Made by a program: the position numbers and the translations under genes. Below the pieces are notes generated by a model. The model worked only from the letters and a program-made list of their open reading frames with translations, did no database searches and had not been told where the DNA came from. Shown piece after piece: positions 42,143 through 51,666 of a DNA stretch of 64,000 bases (position 1 is the first letter of the stretch; each line of letters begins with the position of its first letter). Source of the DNA: Planctomycetota bacterium. GTDB taxonomy: Bacteria; Planctomycetota; UBA1135; UBA2386. The stretch lies in the NCBI GenBank assembly GCA_046290465.1, contig JBKAGP010000001.1, forward strand, positions 5,120,001 to 5,184,000, given 5' to 3'.

Positions 42143-43750
42143 ATGCATCGCGCTTTCGTCTGTGCCGCCACGCTCGTCGCGGCCTCTGCCTTCGCCCTTC
42201 CAGAAGCCACTGCCCAGAACGAGCAGGAGCAGGTCAAGCAGCTGCAGCAGGAGGTCGACCGCCTCAACGACCAGCTGATCGACGAGCGCTCCAAGCTGCT
42301 GCGCACGCTGAAGGTCAACGGCCAGCAGCTCGATCCGCTCGAAGTGATGCGTGAGTGCGTCTACCTGGCCGGCGGCAAGCTGGTCGAGGCCAAGGTCGCC
42401 AACTTCTTCATCCTCGAGGAGATCATGAAGCAGGTGAACTCGGGCCAGCGCAAGGCCGACGAGTTCCTGGTCACCGAGGAGGAGGTGCTCGAGAACCTCG
42501 CGCCGATGCAGAAGGAGTTCGAGACCAAGAACCCGGGCGTCGACTTCTGGGAGGTCGTGCGCACGCAATACGGCCTCAGCAAGGAGACCTTCATCGAGCA
42601 GCGCAAGGAGTCGATCCTGTTCGATCGCGTGTTCTTCCCGGGCTCGCCGAAGGACTGGCCGGTGATCACCAAGGAAGCCATCAAGGCCCAGACGCAGAGC
42701 GAGCAGGGCCCGGAGTTCCTGAAGCAGCTCGAGAAGGCCACCGAGGGCGTCGACGAGAACGGCAACCCGAAGAAGCTGCCCGAGTTCTGGATCAACATGA
42801 TGCGCCAGTTCGTGCAGAAGGGTCTGCGCAGCTGGAGTGACATCAAGTACGCCTCGCACGGCCTGCCGTCGGAGACGGTGCTGCGCGTCAACGACCTCGA
42901 GTGGGGCACCCAAGAGGCCTTCGACTTCATCAAGAAGGGCCTGTTCGTGCATGACCTCGAGCGCGCGATGCAGGAGGTCGCCGTGCGTGCGGCGCTCCGC
43001 CAGGAGCTGATCAGCAAGGGCGTCTACATCGACGACGACGAGTTCACCCGCCGCTACGACGAGTACCGCGAGCCCTACGATTCGACCCCGTTCACGGTCG
43101 AGGTGATCGCGACCCGCTTCAAGGGCTACCCGTGCCTCGAGGCGTTCCGCGCCCGCTGGCGCCTGATCTCGTCCTACACGGACCTGATCAAGGACGAGAT
43201 CAACGACGAGAACCTGCAGGCGCACGCCGACAAGCGCGCCGCGTTCTTCGCCGACGGCCAGTGCGACGTCAGCATCATCCCGTTCCAGGGCCGCAGCCAG
43301 CGCACCGGCGCGTGGACGCCGGGTGGCATGGACGAGGCGAAGAAGCGCTGCGAAGCGGTGTTCGCCAAGATGGAGGCGGGCGAGCTGACGTTCGACCAGG
43401 CGCTCGAGCAGCACACCGAGTTCTTCGCCAACGACGAGAAGCGCGGCCTGCTCGGCATGCTGCCGCTCAACCAGCTGCGCCAGCAGCTGCGCGAGAACGA
43501 GTTCACCCAGCTGCTCGACGGCTTCTCGATCGCCGAGCACCTGTTCTTCGACGCCGAGGTCGGCAAGACGATCGGCCCGATCCAGGGTCCGGAGTCGTGG
43601 CTGATCTGCCGCGTCAACTCGCGCACCCCGGCGCGTCGCAAGATCAGCGTCAAGATCGAGCGCGAGAAGGAGCTGGTCCGCGAGGACTACATCACCTACC
43701 GCTTCCTGCAATGGGCGAACGGCGTCATCGCGAAGGCGAAGTTCGAATAG
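42143..43750 (+). CDS. SurA/PpiC-like periplasmic foldase
   Basis: Signal peptide ...ATAQ; LTFDQALEQHTE, RGLLG, IGPIQGPESWLICRV parvulin-like motifs. Confidence 0.7.
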   Translation: MHRAFVCAATLVAASAFALPEATAQNEQEQVKQLQQEVDRLNDQLIDERSKLLRTLKVNGQQLDPLEVMRECVYLAGGKLVEAKVANFFILEEIMKQVNSGQRKADEFLVTEEEVLENLAPMQKEFETKNPGVDFWEVVRTQYGLSKETFIEQRKESILFDRVFFPGSPKDWPVITKEAIKAQTQSEQGPEFLKQLEKATEGVDENGNPKKLPEFWINMMRQFVQKGLRSWSDIKYASHGLPSETVLRVNDLEWGTQEAFDFIKKGLFVHDLERAMQEVAVRAALRQELISKGVYIDDDEFTRRYDEYREPYDSTPFTVEVIATRFKGYPCLEAFRARWRLISSYTDLIKDEINDENLQAHADKRAAFFADGQCDVSIIPFQGRSQRTGAWTPGGMDEAKKRCEAVFAKMEAGELTFDQALEQHTEFFANDEKRGLLGMLPLNQLRQQLRENEFTQLLDGFSIAEHLFFDAEVGKTIGPIQGPESWLICRVNSRTPARRKISVKIEREKELVREDYITYRFLQWANGVIAKAKFE

Positions 43751-43777
43751 TAGCAGCGACGGTCTACGATGGGCTCC

Positions 43778-45670
43778 GTGTCGGAGTCCCAGGACGATCG
43801 TCGTGATGTAGAGGCGCTGCTGCGCCGCATCTGGGCCGCTGTCGTGCGCTACCGGCGCATGGTGGCGGCCATGATTGGTTTTAGCCTGCTGCAGGTCGTC
43901 TTCACCAAGCTGCCGTTCTTGGTGGTGGAGCCGCTGCTGGCGGTGATGGGGGAGAAGGCCGGCGCCGGGCCGCCGGTCGAGCCGACCGAGAACGAGGGCT
44001 TCTTCGCGCACCTGCGCTGGGAGTTCACGGTCTGGTTCCGCAACTTCGCGGAGGACCTGTCGGCCGGGCTCGGCCTCGAGTTCGAACACCAGGGCATGCC
44101 GGTCGTCGTGGCGTGCGGCGTGGTGACGCTGATCTGCGGCGTGCTCGGCGCGTTCGTCATCTACATGGTGCAGACCGTGTCGCGGTTCTTCGCCTACCGC
44201 GTGGTCGCCGACCTGCGCTGCGAGCTGGCGCGCCACTTCCTCGACCTGCCGCTGCGCTTCTTCGGCAAGCGCCGCATGGGCGAGATGATCAGCAGGGTCA
44301 CCAACGACACGCAGGTGATGCAGCGGTCGTTCGAGATGGCCGCCGACAACGTCATCGTCGACCCGCTGATGGTGCTCGGCAACATGGTGATCATCCTGTT
44401 CGTGATCCCCGAGGCCATCCTGGTGATGCTGGTGATGCTGCCGCTGATGGTGATCCCGATGTACCGGCAGGGACGGAAGGTCCAGAAGCGCAGCAGCAAG
44501 AGCCTGAAGGCGATGGGGGAGACGACCGAGTCGCTCAACCAGATCCTCACCGGCATCCGCACCGTCAAGGCCTACCAGCTCGAGGACGAGCGCTATCGCG
44601 ACTTCGAGACGACGACGGGCACGTTCTTGGAGCGGACCCAGCGGGTGCTTCATGCCAAGGGGCGCTCGATCGCCCAGTCGTTCATCGGCTACCAGTTCGC
44701 GACCGCGATCATCCTGGTGCTGCTCGGCTACTACGTGCTGTCCGACAGCGGCGTGACGTTCGCGGCGGTGGCGGCCATCATCGCGCCGCTGGCGACCAAC
44801 TATCAGCACGTCAAGCGCGTCACCCGCGCCTACAACGTGCTGCGCGAGTCGGCCGGGGCGCTGTCCGGCATCGAGGACATCCTGCGGGCCGAGCCCGACC
44901 GGGCGCTGGTCGGCGGCGCGCCGATGGAGCAGCTGCGCGGCGACGTCGAGGTGCGCGACGTGCACTTCAGCTACGAGGAGAAGCCGGTGCTGCAGGGCGT
45001 CTCGCTGAAGGTGCACGCCGGCCAGACGATCGCATTCGTCGGCGAGTCCGGCGGCGGCAAGTCGACCACGCTCGACCTGCTGATGCGGTTCCACGACCCG
45101 GAGTCGGGCGCGGTGCTGATCGACGGGCGCGACCTGCGCGAGGTGCGGCTGGCGGACTACCGCAGCCGGACCGCGGTGGTCAGCCAGCAGCCGTTCCTGT
45201 TCAACACGACGCTGCGCGAGAACATCAGCTGCGGCCGGCCCGGTGCCAGCCAGGAGGAGGTCGAGCGGGCGGCGCGCGCCGCCAACATCCACGACTTCAT
45301 CGTGCAGCAGCCGAACGGCTACGACACGCTCGCCGGCGAGCTCGGCAGCAACCTGTCCGGCGGCCAGCGCCAGCGCATCACGATCGCGCGCGCGATCCTG
45401 CGCAACCCGGCGATCCTGTTCCTCGACGAGGCGACCTCGGCGCTCGACAACGAGAGCGAGGAGGTCGTGCAGCGTGCGCTCAACGAGCTGATGAAGGGCC
45501 GCACGTCGTTCGTCATCGCGCACCGTCTGTCGACCATCGTCGACGCCGACCAGATCTTCGTGTTCGAGGAAGGGCGCGTGGTCGAGTCGGGCACGCATCA
45601 GGAGCTGTTGGCGCGCGGCGGCGTCTACCGGCGGATGTTCGACAAGTCGGTGCGCCCGGACGCGGGCTGA
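43778..45670 (+). CDS. MsbA-like ABC exporter (fused TMD-NBD)
   Basis: GESGGGKST, LSGGQRQR, LDEATSALD, IAHRLST; start re-assigned to GTG 7 nt after TACGAT. Confidence 0.93.
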   Translation: MSESQDDRRDVEALLRRIWAAVVRYRRMVAAMIGFSLLQVVFTKLPFLVVEPLLAVMGEKAGAGPPVEPTENEGFFAHLRWEFTVWFRNFAEDLSAGLGLEFEHQGMPVVVACGVVTLICGVLGAFVIYMVQTVSRFFAYRVVADLRCELARHFLDLPLRFFGKRRMGEMISRVTNDTQVMQRSFEMAADNVIVDPLMVLGNMVIILFVIPEAILVMLVMLPLMVIPMYRQGRKVQKRSSKSLKAMGETTESLNQILTGIRTVKAYQLEDERYRDFETTTGTFLERTQRVLHAKGRSIAQSFIGYQFATAIILVLLGYYVLSDSGVTFAAVAAIIAPLATNYQHVKRVTRAYNVLRESAGALSGIEDILRAEPDRALVGGAPMEQLRGDVEVRDVHFSYEEKPVLQGVSLKVHAGQTIAFVGESGGGKSTTLDLLMRFHDPESGAVLIDGRDLREVRLADYRSRTAVVSQQPFLFNTTLRENISCGRPGASQEEVERAARAANIHDFIVQQPNGYDTLAGELGSNLSGGQRQRITIARAILRNPAILFLDEATSALDNESEEVVQRALNELMKGRTSFVIAHRLSTIVDADQIFVFEEGRVVESGTHQELLARGGVYRRMFDKSVRPDAG

Positions 45671-45688
45671 CGCTACCTTTTCGCGGTC

Positions 45689-46063
45689 ATGCTCCGCGCC
45701 CTCGCGTTGTTCTCGTTCCTGCTCCTCGGAGCCTGCCAAGCCATGCCCACCGCCGGACTCGCCCACGACGTCTACTTCGAGCTGATCGACGCCTCGCCCG
45801 CCGCGCAGCAGCGCCTCGTCGACAGCTGCCGCGCCAAGCTCGCGCCGATCCCGGGCATCACGTTCTTCGCCGTCGGCAGCCGCGACGAGGAGCTGAACCG
45901 CGACGTCAACGACCAGGCGTTCCACGTCGCCCTGCACGTCTACTTCGCCGACCGCGCCGCCCACGACGTCTACCAGGACCACCCCGACCACCTCGCCTTC
46001 ATCGAGGCCAACAAGGCCAACTGGAAGTCCGTCCGCGTCTTCGACTCCACCACCCGGAAGTAG
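45689..46063 (+). CDS. Dabb (stress-responsive alpha/beta barrel) lipoprotein
   Basis: Lipobox LGAC; HDVYFEL, YQDHPDHLAFIE, VRVFDS. Confidence 0.9.
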   Translation: MLRALALFSFLLLGACQAMPTAGLAHDVYFELIDASPAAQQRLVDSCRAKLAPIPGITFFAVGSRDEELNRDVNDQAFHVALHVYFADRAAHDVYQDHPDHLAFIEANKANWKSVRVFDSTTRK

Positions 46064-46153
46064 CGGTACTGCGAGTTCATCCTCCAACTTCCGCGAGCGC
46101 GAGCGCTCGCGGAAGTTGGAGGATGAACCGCGTACCGTACCGCTACTTTCCGG
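46054..46153. repeat. REP/REPIN-like palindromic element, copy 3
   Basis: 26-bp perfect stem 46075-46100/46103-46128 plus outer arms AGTAGCGGTAC/GTACCGCTACT; supplies the stop codons of both flanking genes. Confidence 0.9.
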
Positions 46154-46634
46154 GGCCGAGGAGGGCGACGACGGTGGCGCGGCAGGCTTCGCGGCGGCCT
46201 ACGGCGTCGACCTTCTCGCCGGTCTTGCCCTTGACGTTGACGCGGTCGACGTCGAGTTCGAACAGCTCGGCGATGCGCGCGCGCATCTCGGCGCGGCGCG
46301 GCTTGAGCTTCGGCAGTTCGGTCTCGAGCACGACGTCGAGCGACCAGACCTGCAGGTCCTTCTGCCGGACGCGTGCCATCGCCTCGCGGCAGAACTCCGC
46401 CGAGTCGCGGTCGGCGTGCGCCGGGTCGCGGTCGGAGAACAGCGTGCCGAGGTCGTCGAGGCCGGCGGCGCCGAGCACCGCGTCGCAGGCGGCGTGCAGC
46501 ACCGCGTCGCCGTCGCTGTGGCCGATCGGGCCGACCTCGCTGTCGAACGTCACGCCGCCCAGCACGCACGGGCGGCCGGGCTGCAGGCGGTGCATGTCGA
46601 CGCCGAGGCCGACGCGGGGGAGGTCGTTCATCAT
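46143..46634 (-). CDS. ispF: 2-C-methyl-D-erythritol 2,4-cyclodiphosphate synthase
   Basis: RVGLGVDMH, GHSDGDAVLHA, VNVKGKTGEK. Confidence 0.96.
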   Translation of the reverse strand: MMNDLPRVGLGVDMHRLQPGRPCVLGGVTFDSEVGPIGHSDGDAVLHAACDAVLGAAGLDDLGTLFSDRDPAHADRDSAEFCREAMARVRQKDLQVWSLDVVLETELPKLKPRRAEMRARIAELFELDVDRVNVKGKTGEKVDAVGRREACRATVVALLGPGK

Positions 46635-47356
46635 GCTTCTGGGAACGGGGTCGGATCGCGCTCGAGCAGGGCTTCGGCGAGCGGCAGGTCGTCCGGACGG
46701 GTGATCTTGAGGTTGCCGGCGGTGCCGGGCACGACCGCGATGTCGAGGCCGGCGTGTTCGAGCAGCGAGACGTCGTCGGTGACCACGAAGCCGGTCGCGC
46801 GCGCCTTCGCCGCGGCCTGCAGCAGCCAGTCGCGTCGCGCGATCTGCGGCGTCTGCGCGTACCAGATCGGGCTGCGGTCGACGGTCTCGACGACCCGGCC
46901 GTCCTGCACCCGCTTCAACGTGTCCGCGGCCGGGATCGCCAGCAGCGCGCCGCCGACGGCCTGCGCCGTGCGCAGGCACTCGCGCGTCTGTGCGACCGGC
47001 ACCAGCGCGCGCGCGGCATCGTGAACGCACACCAGCTCGACGTCGTCCGACGTCGCTGCGAGGCCGCGCTCCATCGACTCCTGGCGGGTCGCGCCGCCGT
47101 CGACGAAGCGCGGCTCGACGCCGGTCGGCATCACCGCGCAAAGCCGGTCGAGGCACGACGGCACCAGGTCCTGCCGGTCCTCGGGCTGGACCAGGACCAG
47201 CACTTCGCAGCGCTCGGCCGCGGGCACCGCAGCGAGCAGGCGCGCCGCGCTGTGCACGAGCAGCGTGTCGCCGCCGAGCTCGAGGAACGCCTTGGGAACG
47301 TCCGCGCCGAGGCGGGTGCCGCGTCCGGCCGCGAGCAACAAGATGGCGACCTTCAC
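46631..47356 (-). CDS. ispD: 2-C-methyl-D-erythritol 4-phosphate cytidylyltransferase
   Basis: LAAGRGTRLG...PKAF, GGATRQES, VHDAAR, AQTPQ, NLKITRPDDL. Confidence 0.96.
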   Translation of the reverse strand: MKVAILLLAAGRGTRLGADVPKAFLELGGDTLLVHSAARLLAAVPAAERCEVLVLVQPEDRQDLVPSCLDRLCAVMPTGVEPRFVDGGATRQESMERGLAATSDDVELVCVHDAARALVPVAQTRECLRTAQAVGGALLAIPAADTLKRVQDGRVVETVDRSPIWYAQTPQIARRDWLLQAAAKARATGFVVTDDVSLLEHAGLDIAVVPGTAGNLKITRPDDLPLAEALLERDPTPFPEA

Positions 47357-47364
47357 GGCGCGCG

Positions 47365-47374
47365 ACCTTACACT
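47365..47374. promoter_or_regulatory. Overlapping divergent -10 elements (TAAGGT on -, TACACT on +)
   Basis: ACCTTACACT lies in the 25-bp gap, 8 and 7 nt from the GTG starts of ispD and ruvC. Confidence 0.6.
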
Positions 47375-47381
47375 CGGCCCC

Positions 47382-48041
47382 GTGGCGGTGGTGCGGATTC
47401 TCGGTATCGACCCGGGCACGCAGGTGGTGGGCTACGGTTGCCTCGAGCTGGCGGCCGGCGCGCTTCCTGGCGTGGGCGGTGCCGCGTCCGCGGTGCCGCT
47501 GGCGATGCGCGGCAGCAACGTCGTGCGCGCCGCTGGGTCGGGCGGCGGCGGCGTGCGGCTGGTGGCGGCCGGCGTGCTGCGACTCGGCAAGCGCGGCGCC
47601 GATCTGACCACGCGGCTGCTCGCGCTGTCGACGCAGTTCGCCGCCCTGGTGCGCGAACTGCAGCCGTCCGAGGTCGCCGTCGAGGAGGCGTTCTACGGCA
47701 AGAGCGTGCAGGCGGCGCTCCGCATCGGCGAGGCGCGCGGTGTCGTGCTCGCCGAGTCGGCGCGCTCGGGCCTCGACGTGCACCAATACGCCCCGGCCCG
47801 CGTCAAGCGCTGCGTCGCCGGCCACGGTGCTGCTCGCAAGGACTCCATTGCCAGCATGTTGGGGCAGTTGCTGCCCGAACTCGCCGGGCCGGCGGCGGCG
47901 CAGTTGCCGGCCGATGCGACCGATGCCGTCGCCGTCGCATGGACGCGACTCGAGGAGCGTCGATCGCCGCTGCTGGTCGCCGAACGGCAGGGCGGCCGCC
48001 GCAGCAAGCGCGGGCTCGACAACGGTCTCACCGGACCCTGA
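47382..48041 (+). CDS. ruvC: Holliday junction resolvase RuvC
   Basis: ILGIDPG, VAVEEAF, GEARGV, DATDAVAVA. Confidence 0.95.
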   Translation: MAVVRILGIDPGTQVVGYGCLELAAGALPGVGGAASAVPLAMRGSNVVRAAGSGGGGVRLVAAGVLRLGKRGADLTTRLLALSTQFAALVRELQPSEVAVEEAFYGKSVQAALRIGEARGVVLAESARSGLDVHQYAPARVKRCVAGHGAARKDSIASMLGQLLPELAGPAAAQLPADATDAVAVAWTRLEERRSPLLVAERQGGRRSKRGLDNGLTGP

Positions 48042-48242
48042 CGGCCCCGATCCCGCGCACCGTGGTTGCATTTTCGGTCGTCAGTCCATGTAATGCGGCA
48101 ACCGGTCAGCGAGGCATTCGCCCTTGTACAACCTCAACCAGTCGGCATACGCGACCCAGGATCGCGAGCATGACGACGGACGTCGGACCTCGAGGTCCGC
48201 ATCCGCCGCGCGGCTTCGCCGACTACGCGCAGGAGTCGCCCC

Positions 48243-49439
48243 ATGATCCGAGGACCCGTGTTGCCGCAGATGCGAGACAGCCTGTGGTCCCTGGTCTCTT
48301 CGCGTCTCGACCGCATCGAATCCGGTCTGACGCTCGTGATGGAATCGCTCGACTGCAGCGACGGCGAACTGGGCGCGGTCGATGGCCTCGCTCGCGATGC
48401 GATGGGCGGCCCCGTGCTGGTGATGCTCGCGGTCGAGGGCGATGCGCTGCTGCCGGCGCGCGCGCTCGCTGCCGGCAAGTTCCTGCGGCGGGTCGGAGAC
48501 GCGCTCGCGCGCGCCGTGCCCGAAGCCAACTTCTGTCCCGGCATTGCGGGGCGGGTGCTGCTGATCGGCAACGAGACGGCCACCGCGACCATCGAACAGG
48601 TCTGTGCGCTGCCGATCCCGGGCCTGCACGCCTGCACGCTCGAGCCGTTCCGCATCGCCGGCAGCGAGCGCTTCGCGGTCCGCTGGGCCACGGCGCAACG
48701 CGACCGAGACGCGATCGACGCATCGTCGCCGTCGCCGTCGGGTGCCGACGAGTCCGCGCCCGAGTTCGTCGTGCCGCAGGCGCGCGCAGAGATCTGGGAC
48801 GCGGTGCAGGAGATCTGCGAGCGCATCGATCCGGACGTGCGCGTGCACGGGGACCGCTACGCGCGCCAGGTCTCGTGGAACGGCTTCCCGCTCGGCGATA
48901 TCCGCACCGTCGGCGGTGCGCTGGTCGCGAGCGCCGCAACCGGCGTCGTGCGCGACCTGCGCGATGCGCACGACGTGCGCCGCTTCGGCGACCAGCTGCT
49001 GCGCGCGTTCGCGCAGCACGCCCGGATCGACCTCGGCCCGTTCGATCGCGATACGGCCGATCCCGATTCGTCCGGTCACCATCCGTCCGGTCACTATCCG
49101 TCCGAGGGCGGTCCCGACGATCGGGGCCGCCGCGGTCGCAACCGCCAACACGAACAGGATCGTCGCGCGGCCGATGCCGGCGCCGATCGACTTGCTGCGA
49201 CTCGCCACGCAGTTGGGGGCCGCCACGACGTGGCGGAACGTGGGCTGCTGTCCGACGCCGCCGCGAGCGGCGGCGAGAGCCTGCGTTCGAGCCTGGCCGC
49301 GTCCCGGCTCTCCCCGGAAGAGTATTCCGCCCTCGGCGAGCCGGCTTCGTTGGCCGGCCCGGACTCCGAGGGCTCCGTGGCAAACGATCGTTCGCAGTCG
49401 GCTCCTCTGCCGGACTCGTCGGTCGGTCGCTCCGACTGA
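48243..49439 (+). CDS. Hypothetical protein with degenerate NucS/PD-(D/E)XK-like N-terminus and disordered C-terminus
   Basis: IESGLTLV...VDGLARDAMGGPVLVML resembles the NucS C-domain without ExK; GGAG SD. Confidence 0.6.
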   Translation: MIRGPVLPQMRDSLWSLVSSRLDRIESGLTLVMESLDCSDGELGAVDGLARDAMGGPVLVMLAVEGDALLPARALAAGKFLRRVGDALARAVPEANFCPGIAGRVLLIGNETATATIEQVCALPIPGLHACTLEPFRIAGSERFAVRWATAQRDRDAIDASSPSPSGADESAPEFVVPQARAEIWDAVQEICERIDPDVRVHGDRYARQVSWNGFPLGDIRTVGGALVASAATGVVRDLRDAHDVRRFGDQLLRAFAQHARIDLGPFDRDTADPDSSGHHPSGHYPSEGGPDDRGRRGRNRQHEQDRRAADAGADRLAATRHAVGGRHDVAERGLLSDAAASGGESLRSSLAASRLSPEEYSALGEPASLAGPDSEGSVANDRSQSAPLPDSSVGRSD

Positions 49440-49523
49440 ACCGCCGTCCCGCAGGGGCCCGGCGTGCGGCTGCGTCCGCGCGCCCGGATCGTCGTCTGCT
49501 GTTCGCAATCCAGCAGAGGTCTC

Positions 49524-50420
49524 GTGGAATCGGACCTGGAAGTCGAACGCACCGCGCGTGGGTTCCTGCGGCGACTGTTGCGGCGGCCGCCTCCGGAGGT
49601 GCGCACGCGGGAGGCCGCGGTGGTCGCGTTCGCCAGCGGCAAGGGCGGCACCGGCAAGTCGTTCCTGACGACCAACGTCGCCATCGGCCTGCACCAGCGC
49701 GGCCTGCGCGTCGCGGTCGTCGACTGCGACTTCGGTCTGGCCAACGCCCACCTGCTGTTCGGCGCGAACCCGAGGTTCTCGATGCAGCACCTGCTCGGCG
49801 GCCAGCGCACCGTGTCGGAGGTGATGACGCCGACGCCGTACGGGCCGAGCCTGATCGCCGGCGGCTCGGGCATCTCGAGCCTCGCCGAGCTGGGCCAAAA
49901 GCACATGCAGATGCTGGCGCGCGCGCTCAGCCAGGTGGCCGAGCGCTGTGACGTCGTGCTGATCGACTGCGCGGCGGGCCTGGCGCCGCAGTCGATGATC
50001 ACGGTGCTGGCGGCGCAGCACGTCGTGATGGTGACCAACCCGGAGATCGCCGCGCTGACCGACGCCTATGCGGTGATCAAGTGCCTGTCGCGGCAGGTCG
50101 AACGGCCCGACATCCGGCTGGTCGTCAACCGCGCGACCAGCGCCGAACTCGGCCGCGCGACGTTCGAGCGGTTGTCCGAGGTTTCGAGCCGCTTTGCGAG
50201 CCTGCCGATCCACTACCTCGGGTACGTGCCCGAAGACCCGGCGGTGAGTCACCGGCGGCTCGGACAGGCGCCGATGTTGGTGGGGATGCCGGAATGCGAG
50301 ACCTCGAAGGCGCTCGACCTGCTGGTGACGGGGCTCGAGGCGCAGGTCCGTGCGACCCGCGCGCGGCCGGCCTCGCGCGGGGTCGAGGCGCGCATGCTGA
50401 CGCAGATCCGCCGCTGGTAG
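49524..50420 (+). CDS. MinD/FlhG(FleN)-family ATPase
   Basis: SGKGGTGKS deviant Walker A, DCDFGLAN, IDCAAG, ALTDAYAVIK; GAGG SD before GTG. Confidence 0.9.
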   Translation: MESDLEVERTARGFLRRLLRRPPPEVRTREAAVVAFASGKGGTGKSFLTTNVAIGLHQRGLRVAVVDCDFGLANAHLLFGANPRFSMQHLLGGQRTVSEVMTPTPYGPSLIAGGSGISSLAELGQKHMQMLARALSQVAERCDVVLIDCAAGLAPQSMITVLAAQHVVMVTNPEIAALTDAYAVIKCLSRQVERPDIRLVVNRATSAELGRATFERLSEVSSRFASLPIHYLGYVPEDPAVSHRRLGQAPMLVGMPECETSKALDLLVTGLEAQVRATRARPASRGVEARMLTQIRRW

Positions 50421-50722
50421 CGCGGCAGCGACGGCTGCTGGGGCTCTGGGCCGCGGTGGTGGTGCTGTGCGCGGCGCGCGCGCTCTGGCGCGGGATCGTG
50501 CCGGCAACGCCCGGTGTGACCGTGGCTTCGTGCCCGATCGACGTCAACCGCGCGTCGGTCGGCGAGCTGCAGGCGCTGCCCGGCGTCGGCCCCGGACGGG
50601 CCGAGGCGCTGGTGCTCGAACGGATCCGCCACGGCCCGTTTGCACGGCTCGAACAGCTGGCGCGGGTGCACGGCTTCGGCCCCGAACTGCTGCGCCGGCT
50701 GGCGCCGCACGTGCGCTTCTGA
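50414..50722 (+). CDS. ComEA-like helix-hairpin-helix DNA-binding protein
   Basis: IDVNRASVGELQALPGVGPGRAEAL, GPF, RVHGFG; N-terminal TM; start uncertain (CTG). Confidence 0.85.
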   Translation: MVARQRRLLGLWAAVVVLCAARALWRGIVPATPGVTVASCPIDVNRASVGELQALPGVGPGRAEALVLERIRHGPFARLEQLARVHGFGPELLRRLAPHVRF

Positions 50723-50778
50723 GCGCCCGGGCGCGCAACAATGCGTAGCGGCAGGCTTTCGGGTAGGCTGCTGGGCGA

Positions 50779-51666
50779 ATGACCAGCGTCGGAGCAGACC
50801 CACGCGAGTGCGTTCGCCGCGCGCTCGCCGAAGACCTTGGTTCGGATGGACTCGCCGTCACCAACGACGTGACGTCGGCGCTGTCGGTCGCCATCGAACA
50901 ACGCGGCCGCGGCGTGATCCGGGCCAAGTCGACCGGCGTGCTGGCCGGCATCGAGTGCGCCATCGAGAGCTTCCGCATGCTGGACGCCGGTTGCACGGTC
51001 GAGCCGCTGCTGCAGGACGGTGACCCGTTCGAGGCGGGCGTCGAGGTGCTGCGCTTCGAGGGCGCGATGGCGTCGCTGCTCGCCGCCGAGCGCACCGCGC
51101 TGAACTTCCTGCAGCGCCTGTCGGGTGTGGCGACGCGCACCCGGCAGTTCGTCGACCGGGTCGCCGGCACCGGCGCGCGCATCCTCGATACGCGCAAGAC
51201 CACGCCCGGCCTGCGCTACCTCGAGAAGGCCGCGGTCGTCGCCGGTGGCGGCGAGAACCACCGCATCGGCCTGTTCGATCAGGTGCTGCTCAAGGAGAAC
51301 CACTTCGGCTTCGCCAGGCCGACCAGCTACGAGGACGTGGTGCGTCGCTGCTGCGAGGGCCACGATCGACCGGTGATCGCCGAGGCCCGCACCGTCGACG
51401 AGGCGGTCGCCGCGGTCGCCGGTGGTGCCGGCGTCGTGCTGCTCGACAACTTCGAGGCGGGCGAACCGCTGCGCGCCGCCGTGGCGGCCGTTCGCGAAGC
51501 CGCGCGCACCGCCGGTCGCCGGGTCGAGACCGAGGCCTCCGGTGGCATCGACCTCGACACCGTGCGCAGCTACGCGGAGTGCGGCGTCGACCGGATCTCG
51601 GTCGGGTCGCTGACGCACTCGGCGCCCGCGGTCGACCTGTCGATGGTCGTGGAGGGCGTGCAGTGA
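50779..51666 (+). CDS. nadC: Nicotinate-nucleotide pyrophosphorylase (carboxylating)
   Basis: ERTALNFLQRLSGVAT, DTRKTTPGLR, LLDNF, EASGGI, SVGSLTHS. Confidence 0.97.
   Translation: MTSVGADPRECVRRALAEDLGSDGLAVTNDVTSALSVAIEQRGRGVIRAKSTGVLAGIECAIESFRMLDAGCTVEPLLQDGDPFEAGVEVLRFEGAMASLLAAERTALNFLQRLSGVATRTRQFVDRVAGTGARILDTRKTTPGLRYLEKAAVVAGGGENHRIGLFDQVLLKENHFGFARPTSYEDVVRRCCEGHDRPVIAEARTVDEAVAAVAGGAGVVLLDNFEAGEPLRAAVAAVREAARTAGRRVETEASGGIDLDTVRSYAECGVDRISVGSLTHSAPAVDLSMVVEGVQ

Noticed and set aside
41954..46087. 1377-aa minus-strand ORF
   Set aside because: Shadow of the SurA-like, ABC transporter and Dabb genes.
48042..48242. Long leader as a riboswitch
   Set aside because: No recognisable aptamer consensus or terminator; would need an Rfam search.
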